Of a stretch of DNA of 64,000 nucleotides, positions 56,338 to 64,000 are shown one piece after another. The notes beneath the pieces are model-generated. The model did no database searches, had not been told where the DNA came from, and saw only the letters and a list, made by a program, of their open reading frames with translations. A program made the translations under genes and the position numbers. This stretch comes from a virus (Duplodnaviria; Caudoviricetes). The stretch is from IMG/VR virus record IMGVR_UViG_3300035182_001315, one strand, 5' to 3'. Within the stretch, counting starts at the first letter, position 1. Each line of letters begins with the position of its first letter.

Positions 56338-59300
56338 TTAGAAATTAAATCCGTCTTCGTTTAACTTCAGTGTGGTTTTCATAGTCTGTACCTTTTTAGC
56401 AGCCTCTTGCAAAACAAACGGTTTAGGTGGTTCTGGTGGTGCTTGATGTACTATTTCTTTTGTCTTTAGCTTCTCAGAAACCTGTGAAAGCAAGACGTTC
56501 TGTGTCTTTCTGATAACTTCCTGTTCTACTACGAATGATGCCTTTTGCAACTCAGGAATAAAGTCATCTATTTCATCCTTAACTTCATCTTCGTCGTCGT
56601 CATCATCTTCGTCTTCATCCTTATCTACCGTCCTTGGAATATACATGCTGTTTTCCTTTTCGGTAATTCTTTCCTGCACCTTAGAAATTGCTGTTTTAAG
56701 CGTTTTCTCAGAGATAACAGTTTCAGTTTGGCCGGTGATGGTCATTACTTCTTCCTGAATCTTATGAGCAATCCATGCTTCATACTTATCCTTGGTAACA
56801 CCAGACTGCTGGTACCAGAATTGTCTGTCATTGGCATCCGCTTCATACTTGAAAATTTCATCTATTGGACACAACACAGCATCCCACTTCCTTGAAACGA
56901 AGTTACCATCTTCATCAACCGTAGCGATGACAATAACTTCATCGGGAATGGCCTGAGTCTTTTCAATCCTTCTGATATCTTCAGCTTCAAGACGCTTGAA
57001 TATGTTATCCAGCTTTTCCTGTTCGTAAATGATACCATCGATTTTTTCCTGAGCCTTTCTTATATGATAATCCGCACGTACCCTATTCCACTCAGCTTCT
57101 TCCATATTGTTTGGAACCTTGTTCACCTTATCCCAGAACTTTATTTCCTTGTCTTCCATGGTCATCAGTTCTTCGTAAGTATCTTGGTCACCATCTTCAT
57201 TCGGCATACCAGAAACCAATTGACATTGAACTTCAGTAAAGATGTTCTTGTCATCCAGTTTTTCCAGTTTTGTCTTTTTGTCCTTCTTGATGGTCAAAAG
57301 AATCTTGCTTCTGATGTCGGTGTGAAAACATACCAACAACGGCTTAACCTTTTTGTTGAAAGCTTCAAGATACTTGGCAACGTTATATTCTTCGGTTGCT
57401 AATTTCTCTTCCATTTCAGCAATCTTCTCTTCAATTTCTGATATTTGCTGAGTTTCTGTTCTGTCGATATCAATAAGCATCTTCTTCAGAGAATCCATCT
57501 CACGAATCATTTCCATGTCGTTCTCAACAATCCCCGGTTCAATCAAACGGCAGTTCAATTGAACTTCAGTTGTACCGTTCTCCATCTTCACAGATTTCAA
57601 ATCACCATGAGATTTCAATTTACCAGTGTTCACGTAGTAAAGCGTATCACCAAGACCAACATCAATACCAGCCCTTAAAGCCAATTCCATGTGGGCCTGT
57701 TTAGGCATAGGGTTACCAGCTTTGTTCTTTTTGGTTGCTCTCTTGCGATAATCAGAAAGAGTTGACTTAACCTTTGACTTTGATGCAATCTTAACCAAAG
57801 GAATGTTATGATTGTAGATTTTATCTACGTAGTCTTGGTAGTAAGTAATAAAAGATTTTCCGTCACCATCCAAAAGCATACGAATAGCTTTGGCAAGGAA
57901 ATCCTCGATGTATACCGGCATTTTTTTAGACTTGATAGAGTTACCTACCAGCTTAATCTTACCGCCGATATCATTGGCGTAGTTCTTTCTTGAGAAGTTT
58001 ATTGTTGAGTTACATACGTCATCGATATCCAGACCCATACGGCCAATCATGTATTCCTCGTTAAATTCAGCAAGGACAGCTTCAAGACCCACCAGCTCTT
58101 TATCAGCATTCTTTTCTGTTTTCCAGTGCGAACCCTTTGCCACATAACGAACCTCATCAATGTTATCTGGGAATGCGAAGTTAAAACCATCCGTATTTTT
58201 TAGAATCATACCGCCAATACCACCAACAAACGTTCCATCTTCTGTAGATATATCATATACAAATTTATTTTTATCTCTATTGGCAACCGGATTATTTAAC
58301 CATACTTCATTAGTTTTCATCTGGGTTGTTTCTGTGAATTCTGAATTGTTTCGATTCCTATTCCGTAACTTAAAAGAAATGAAATTTTCTTTATCCTTTC
58401 GGAGTTTTAATTTGTACCCCATGTTGATTCCACAACCTTTCAAAAGATAACTAATCCCAGCCATAGCAACCTGCGACTTCATTCCGATATCTGAAACATT
58501 TTCTAAATCATTACCGTAACCATCTGAAGCACAAACACCATTCATAAATGCTCTTTTATTCACATCAGAAGTATTCAATACAATACTCGGAATCATCTTT
58601 TCTCGATAGCTTGTATAAAATTGTTCTGAAAACCATTTACTGAAACCGGTATCACACACAACCAGATTATAGACATTACTGCTTTTCATATGATTCTTAA
58701 CCGAAGCTTTAACATCTGGAAAATTAACTTCAATAATTTTCTTAAGCCGTTCAAGAAATTCTGTGTTCTGATTGGATATCTTCCACTCAGCCCTTATACC
58801 CTTATTGGTATTTATTTTACCCGTTTTTCTGGATTTGTAATACTGTTTTCTCGGACCATATACTGAAGACCCATCACCCAAGAAAAATCCGTATAACCAA
58901 AATAAGTCTTCATTATCAGATACTCGATTACACGTATATATCGGATATTCGTAGATATCAATTTTATCATGCCGTATAAGATTTGAAGGTTTAACCTGTT
59001 TTTGGTCTTGAAATAGGGAATGGTCTTCCGTTACACACACCATTCTGTCCTTGGTTGAAACCCTGTGTATTGTCTTATCAGTTTCATGTCGATAAACATA
59101 ATTTATACCCTTCCATCCGTTAGCAGTAAGCACCAGATAAGGTTTTTTATTGTAATCTCTTAATCCTTCTTCGTCCAATAACTCAGCTTTAGAGTCAAAC
59201 AAGTCACAGATTGGCCTTATTTCAATTTGTTTCGTTTTATTATTGAGTAAATATATAGGAGTATCAAAAACGACACTATCACCAACCAAAGCTTTAAAGC

Positions 59301-61140
59301 CATACTTTTCACAAAAGTGCTTAACCATCAGACGCAGGTACTGACGGCCACGGCAAGTTGTTTCCTCAGCGCAGTCAGAATCTCCCCAGTTAAAGATATA
59401 AGGGGCACCATAGGCACCAAACCATGAGTTGGCCAGAATCTTTAAAGGTAACTGTTTCTTATCATAAAGTCCTACCAAATCTTGATTCTTCTTCAATTCG
59501 TCCTTAAGTGTATCCAATTCTGATTGAATATACTTTGTACCTTCCATCTCCTTAATCTTCGACTTCAATTCCTTTACAATATCCTTATGTTCACCAGTAA
59601 GGAACTTGAACTTGTCACGGGTATCAACCACGTAGGTCAACATCCCTTCCATTACGCCGCTGATATCCAAGTCAGGATAAATATTATGTGTAAGCTGGCT
59701 CTTAGGATACAGAGCCGCATAGTCAAGCTTAACAACATTCTTGTTATAGCCCAATTGAAGAAGTCTTGATAAACCACCTGTGAAGTCTCTCTTGGATTCT
59801 GTTTCAGGAATAGCCAAATTATTTTCAAACGACCATGCTGCCATGATAAGTTTCCACTGAGAAGCGGTACCCATCGTTGAGCTACGGCTATATGTTGTAG
59901 GAAGAATCTTTGAGATAAGGAATGCCGCCTGATTGAAGATAACATCAATCTGTTCAGTTTCCCATAAGTCATCCAGAAGGTAACGCTGTACAATGAATGA
60001 GCCTGTCTTCGCTTCATAACCATCCTTCAATGGCATTCTTTCTGATATCTTGTACCAGTCACCGTTGTTTTCATTGAAAGCATATTGATTCGCAGCATCA
60101 GACCATGTAGTATGAATAAGGTTACCCGGAACATACACACGATTCTTTTTTGCAACACCAGCGTATTGAGTGATATACTTTAAACCCCATGACTTGATAT
60201 CAGAGTTAATCGCCATGGCCCTTCTTACAGAGTGAGCGATGTCAATGATATTGTGACCATAGATAAAGGTTTGTAAGAACGGTTCCATTTCATTGCCCAA
60301 CTTAAGCATCGCTGGCTTTCTCTTGAACTTTGGTAGTCCGTCCAAGCCAACGCAGATGCGGTCGATGTCCAATGAAAGTCTTTCGCATCTGTCAACGATA
60401 AAGCTCCAGTCAAATGATTCGGAGTTATAGCCGGTGATGATATCTGGCTTCAGGAAATTTATTGTTTGGAAGAACTTAATAATGTTCTCTCTTTCAGAAT
60501 CTCTTTTTTGCTGAAGGGTATTGCCTTTCGTTTCGAACACATGCTCGATACCCTTATTATCACGTACACCGATTTGGAATATTGCGTCTCTGCTACCGAA
60601 TAAACCTTCGGTTTCTAAGTCAAACTGAAACCTGTGCAGGTCATTGTAATCATCCATTCCTTTGAACAGACGAATACCTGTTTGAATCATGAATTGTTCT
60701 ACTGGGGAGAAGTTGAAAAACAGCTTGGAATACTGTCTGTCAAACACGTCGATGCCGCCTTCCTTGAAGAATTGGATAAGGTCGTTATAAGATTTCTTAC
60801 ATGTAATCATGTAACGGTAACCATTCTCCAGACGGGCCGGAGTATACCCAGTTGGGTCAGCAGTTGTAAGCTTCTTTATCTTTACACCATGACGCTGGCA
60901 AGCCTCAATTATCTTGAGCCTTTTACCCTCATACATGATTTGAGTTACTTCATGCTTGAACCACAGAAATGATTGATATTCATGCTTTTCTATGGTTTTT
61001 CCGACAGCTGGGTCGTTTACAATAAGATGAACGTAGGGTTCGTTATAGGTTGCTTCAACACCAACCACGTATTTCTTAGGATTGCGTCCGTTCAAGAAGG
61101 CTTCGATGACTTCAGGACTAACTTTTTGCTTTTCTGGCAT
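56338..61140 (-). CDS. polB: Family B DNA polymerase containing an intein
   Basis: Exonuclease FDLETEG, GYNSESFD; DYAALYP; KILANSWFG; VGD|intein|TDG; KNY. Start MPEKQK at 61140 preferred. Confidence 0.95.
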   Translation of the reverse strand: MPEKQKVSPEVIEAFLNGRNPKKYVVGVEATYNEPYVHLIVNDPAVGKTIEKHEYQSFLWFKHEVTQIMYEGKRLKIIEACQRHGVKIKKLTTADPTGYTPARLENGYRYMITCKKSYNDLIQFFKEGGIDVFDRQYSKLFFNFSPVEQFMIQTGIRLFKGMDDYNDLHRFQFDLETEGLFGSRDAIFQIGVRDNKGIEHVFETKGNTLQQKRDSERENIIKFFQTINFLKPDIITGYNSESFDWSFIVDRCERLSLDIDRICVGLDGLPKFKRKPAMLKLGNEMEPFLQTFIYGHNIIDIAHSVRRAMAINSDIKSWGLKYITQYAGVAKKNRVYVPGNLIHTTWSDAANQYAFNENNGDWYKISERMPLKDGYEAKTGSFIVQRYLLDDLWETEQIDVIFNQAAFLISKILPTTYSRSSTMGTASQWKLIMAAWSFENNLAIPETESKRDFTGGLSRLLQLGYNKNVVKLDYAALYPKSQLTHNIYPDLDISGVMEGMLTYVVDTRDKFKFLTGEHKDIVKELKSKIKEMEGTKYIQSELDTLKDELKKNQDLVGLYDKKQLPLKILANSWFGAYGAPYIFNWGDSDCAEETTCRGRQYLRLMVKHFCEKYGFKALVGDSVVFDTPIYLLNNKTKQIEIRPICDLFDSKAELLDEEGLRDYNKKPYLVLTANGWKGINYVYRHETDKTIHRVSTKDRMVCVTEDHSLFQDQKQVKPSNLIRHDKIDIYEYPIYTCNRVSDNEDLFWLYGFFLGDGSSVYGPRKQYYKSRKTGKINTNKGIRAEWKISNQNTEFLERLKKIIEVNFPDVKASVKNHMKSSNVYNLVVCDTGFSKWFSEQFYTSYREKMIPSIVLNTSDVNKRAFMNGVCASDGYGNDLENVSDIGMKSQVAMAGISYLLKGCGINMGYKLKLRKDKENFISFKLRNRNRNNSEFTETTQMKTNEVWLNNPVANRDKNKFVYDISTEDGTFVGGIGGMILKNTDGFNFAFPDNIDEVRYVAKGSHWKTEKNADKELVGLEAVLAEFNEEYMIGRMGLDIDDVCNSTINFSRKNYANDIGGKIKLVGNSIKSKKMPVYIEDFLAKAIRMLLDGDGKSFITYYQDYVDKIYNHNIPLVKIASKSKVKSTLSDYRKRATKKNKAGNPMPKQAHMELALRAGIDVGLGDTLYYVNTGKLKSHGDLKSVKMENGTTEVQLNCRLIEPGIVENDMEMIREMDSLKKMLIDIDRTETQQISEIEEKIAEMEEKLATEEYNVAKYLEAFNKKVKPLLVCFHTDIRSKILLTIKKDKKTKLEKLDDKNIFTEVQCQLVSGMPNEDGDQDTYEELMTMEDKEIKFWDKVNKVPNNMEEAEWNRVRADYHIRKAQEKIDGIIYEQEKLDNIFKRLEAEDIRRIEKTQAIPDEVIVIATVDEDGNFVSRKWDAVLCPIDEIFKYEADANDRQFWYQQSGVTKDKYEAWIAHKIQEEVMTITGQTETVISEKTLKTAISKVQERITEKENSMYIPRTVDKDEDEDDDDDEDEVKDEIDDFIPELQKASFVVEQEVIRKTQNVLLSQVSEKLKTKEIVHQAPPEPPKPFVLQEAAKKVQTMKTTLKLNEDGFNF
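58195..59277 (-). mobile_element. Intein (361 aa) with LAGLIDADG endonuclease in PolB
   Basis: Ser1 SVVFDTPIY; block B VTEDHSL; LYGFFLGDGS and FMNGVCASDGY; VYDISTEDGTF...ILKN followed by +1 Thr. Confidence 0.93.
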
Positions 61141-61247
61141 TAATGTATTTTGGCAAAGAAACCAAAAAGAATGGCTCAATGCAATAAAAAGGTGATAAAT
61201 TTTTTAAGCTTTATGTAAAGCTTATGGCAAAGTAACGATTTTTTAAC

Positions 61248-62459
61248 TTAGAAGTACAAGTTTTCGTCAACCTTTTTTTGTCCAGCAAATTTATCCACTT
61301 CATCAATGATGAATTTCGCAACGTTGGAGATAACCTTAAGGTTAGCAAGAATCTTGTCCTTGTTTCCTTTCCATAAGGCAATATAAGTTGGTTGATGTTC
61401 TACAGGGAGACCGAAATGTTTCATAACAACGTATGCAACGCTTTCAGCTTGTAGTTCCATAACCGCACGGTCAGCTCTTACCTCATCACCTTGGAAATAT
61501 AGAGAAGATTTCTTCCAGTGCATAAGTTCGTGTGCAAGCTCGTGTACAAGAGTTGAGACCTCACCAGCGCCTTCAACGGCTGATGTCATGTTGATATGAT
61601 TACCGGCAGAGTAGCCTTTTTCGCCGCCATTGGCAGCATCGTTTGTAACGTTTATTCCCAAAGCCTCAGCCACTTGTTTCAAGTAACCCATAAGTTCTTT
61701 GGTTCTTTCTGTTGGTTCAGTTTCAGTAAACCAGCTAACTTCTTCAGGTGCGTTACCTCTCTCATCGATGGCTTCGGTATCGGCCATGTCGAATACGTAA
61801 ACTGGGCGGAATCTAATTGGGTTACCCTTCGCTACTTCTTTGTCCAATTCTGTATTGTTGGTTGGGGCCTCTTGGCCACCCTTGTTGAATACCGGCGCAA
61901 ATATCATGATACCCTTAGCACCTTTCTTAACTCTTCTGAAATATTTTGTTTCCCACTGTCTGAAACCGGCAACCTTTGTTGCGTTAGGTCTCTGGATGTA
62001 GATAAGCATTGTATTGAAAAAACTGTGACCCTTGAAGCTGGCGAAGAATGTCAGATATCTTCTGATTTCTGCTGACATTGCCTTCTCATCGGTAGTGTTG
62101 GCCAAATCTTGAACATAAAGGGAAAGCTTATCCATAAGATTGCCTTTACCATCGAAGTCTTCGGAATTTCTAACGAATGCTTCAAGGTCTTCAACCTTTC
62201 CAACGAACTCACTGGTTTTATTGATTTCATTCAATACAGCTTTAGCTTGCTCGAAGTTTGTGATTGGAGCAACCCATGCTTTGATGTCACCATCCCAGTT
62301 AAATAGTTTGTTAGCCTTTAATTTTTCTTTGTTTTTAAAGGTTTCAGCTGATGCTTTCTTTGGGTCCTTTTCATTGGAGAAAACAACAAGTTCTTGCTTG
62401 TCATTGTTCACCTTAAGAATAAGGGCTTCTTCCAAAAATTTCTTGATTAAGTCTTTCAT
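61248..62459 (-). CDS. ArdC-like protein (ssDNA-binding domain plus HExxH zinc-peptidase-like domain)
   Basis: SFFNTMLIYIQRPNATKVAGFRQW...VKKGAKGIMIFAP...FRPVYVFDMADT; STLVHELAHELMH; ELQAESVAYVV. Confidence 0.8.
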   Translation of the reverse strand: MKDLIKKFLEEALILKVNNDKQELVVFSNEKDPKKASAETFKNKEKLKANKLFNWDGDIKAWVAPITNFEQAKAVLNEINKTSEFVGKVEDLEAFVRNSEDFDGKGNLMDKLSLYVQDLANTTDEKAMSAEIRRYLTFFASFKGHSFFNTMLIYIQRPNATKVAGFRQWETKYFRRVKKGAKGIMIFAPVFNKGGQEAPTNNTELDKEVAKGNPIRFRPVYVFDMADTEAIDERGNAPEEVSWFTETEPTERTKELMGYLKQVAEALGINVTNDAANGGEKGYSAGNHINMTSAVEGAGEVSTLVHELAHELMHWKKSSLYFQGDEVRADRAVMELQAESVAYVVMKHFGLPVEHQPTYIALWKGNKDKILANLKVISNVAKFIIDEVDKFAGQKKVDENLYF

Positions 62460-62461
62460 GA

Positions 62462-62833
62462 TTATTTCTTTATGCTACCGTCTAAAACGTTTATGAATAA
62501 TTCCTCATGGATAGGAACGATTAATGTACCTGTTCCGTCAAGAAAATCAATAGTAAATTGACCAACGTAACGACCAACTCTTGCTGTTTCCTTTGCGGAA
62601 AACTGGTATACAAGATAGTATTCGTCACCTACACAGCTCGGCGGAGTAACCAAAGCGGTGCCAGCTCTCTTTCGGCCAATTCTCTTGATACCAGTTACGA
62701 TATCAGTCATGGTGAAGTAGATGTTACCATTCTGGATAAGTTCGAAGAAATGACGAAAATCATTTCTACCATCTTGAATTAGTTCTAACTTGAGAACTGG
62801 AAGTGTTGATTCCTTGTTTATAAAAAATTCCAT
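62462..62833 (-). CDS. Hypothetical structural protein (BppU-like Ig fold?)
   Basis: 123 aa all-beta pattern ending GTLIVPIHEELFINV; family assignment is weak. Confidence 0.45.
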   Translation of the reverse strand: MEFFINKESTLPVLKLELIQDGRNDFRHFFELIQNGNIYFTMTDIVTGIKRIGRKRAGTALVTPPSCVGDEYYLVYQFSAKETARVGRYVGQFTIDFLDGTGTLIVPIHEELFINVLDGSIKK

Positions 62834-62843
62834 AGTTTATGTT

Positions 62844-64000
62844 TTAAACGGTATAATCGAATACGTTAGTTATTGAAAGATTTCTCGTGTTACCAGTGCC
62901 ACTTTCGTAAAATACAATCGTTCCTGCTGATACACTTGAATCATACCTCACAACATTGTTTATTACAGATTCAGACAAGCTACCAACAATTCTGATTGGT
63001 TTTGCGGCCTTGGTTAATATATTCGAAATGAAAATTCTCGAAGTATTCCCAACCGGCGCAATTCCACCAAATCCGGTATCACCAATGATAACAGCAGATT
63101 GTGTTGTTCCTGTCCCAGCATTATCCAAAACACCGTTAATGAATACATTGTAAATCCTTAATTGGGTCCCAGTGTTCAATAAACGCACATTTTGGTCATC
63201 GGTAGCGCACTTTATATCCCTTACGGTTACATTATAAATATCGTCACCTGACAAAACGATGTCCAAGCCACCAAGCAATGATTGTGTACCATATTGACCA
63301 GCGGTCTCACCAGATACGTTGATTGTAGCAAGTGCAACGCAGTCATCGCCAGTTCTACCGACAATACCCTTAACTACAATATCCTGACAACCACGTTTGA
63401 TGTCAATTCCATCCTGATTCTTACTCCAAACTGAAGTTCCGCTGACAATTCTACTACCTGTACTTGAAAAATCCAAATGAGCCAAACGCCCAGAAGTACA
63501 TCTCTCAAGGGTAATTGCCCACATGTGAGGGTCAACAATCTTGATTCCCTCGATTGAGAAATTGTTTACATTAATCATATAAATTCCGAATCCTCTCCAA
63601 TCTCCAATTTGAGTCTGGCCAGATACACCAGCATCACTACCATAAGAAGTAGAACCGAATTGAGTCGGTGTGAGACTTAAGGTTTTACCAGCATCTCCTG
63701 TAGCTCTTGGATTAAGAGCACCTTTCAGCACTGGGTTACCAATACCCAAAATATGAATATTGGTGTTTGCTGTAACAGCTGTTATTCCAAATCCACAGTT
63801 ATTGCTTCTAAAGAAATTATCTCTTGAAGTATCCGACAATTGAATCAAGCTGTTGTCCATAATTACCGTCATGTTTGATGGTAATAGGATAGCTGAATCC
63901 AAAAGCCATAAAGGGTTTCCCGTTTTTAAATTAATCCTCGGTATGTAGATTTCTCCACGACCAATCGAAGCCGCATAATCTACTGCGGCTTGAATTCTCT
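62844..64000 (-). CDS. Parallel beta-helix (pectate lyase / GH28-like) tailspike or depolymerase, partial
   Basis: Frame is open to the right edge (RIQAAVDYAASIGRGEIYIP...); NQDGIDI, TGDDCVAL, IYNVTVRDI are GH28-like motifs. Confidence 0.75.
   Translation of the reverse strand, partial: RIQAAVDYAASIGRGEIYIPRINLKTGNPLWLLDSAILLPSNMTVIMDNSLIQLSDTSRDNFFRSNNCGFGITAVTANTNIHILGIGNPVLKGALNPRATGDAGKTLSLTPTQFGSTSYGSDAGVSGQTQIGDWRGFGIYMINVNNFSIEGIKIVDPHMWAITLERCTSGRLAHLDFSSTGSRIVSGTSVWSKNQDGIDIKRGCQDIVVKGIVGRTGDDCVALATINVSGETAGQYGTQSLLGGLDIVLSGDDIYNVTVRDIKCATDDQNVRLLNTGTQLRIYNVFINGVLDNAGTGTTQSAVIIGDTGFGGIAPVGNTSRIFISNILTKAAKPIRIVGSLSESVINNVVRYDSSVSAGTIVFYESGTGNTRNLSITNVFDYTV

Noticed and set aside
713-63153. 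Many short ORFs antisense to or overlapping long genes (e.g. 6489-7220, 33297-33950, 45228-45908, 38198-38719)
   Set aside because: Shadow frames of genes with biased codon use; no motifs or expression signals.
1-64000. tRNA/rRNA genes and capsid, portal or terminase genes
   Set aside because: No cloverleaf or rRNA-like segments noticed in the short intergenic gaps, and no head-packaging motifs recognised; these probably lie outside the window.

Overview
64-kb segment of a large T4-like/jumbo myovirus genome (Caudoviricetes), almost all on the minus strand, standard genetic code. The host is probably Bacteroidota, inferred from TAnnTTTG promoters, scarce Shine-Dalgarno motifs, SprB-like repeats and a T9SS-cargo-type domain. 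It contains a tail/baseplate module (gp6- and gp25-like wedges, hub with peptidoglycan hydrolase domains, tape measure, chaperone, tube, sheath, fibres, neck proteins) and a replication module (PolB, helicase, 5'-3' exonuclease, UvsX, gp32-like SSB, SNF2 helicase, NrdAB, glutaredoxin). Six free-standing homing endonuclease genes are present (two decayed), plus a LAGLIDADG intein in PolB. Main highlights: (1) nrdA is fractured at its catalytic cysteine by a naturally split intein, with a decayed GIY-YIG gene between the halves; (2) a secreted esterase has its C-terminal beta-domain split, with the last strands carried by a separate small lipoprotein (possible strand-complementation anchor); (3) a candidate +1 shifty-stop frameshift in the tail chaperone; (4) a conserved ATATTTAT putative late promoter; (5) a candidate ~100-nt sRNA; (6) a repeat-rich SSB leader. 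All calls come from motif recognition by eye; no database searches were run.
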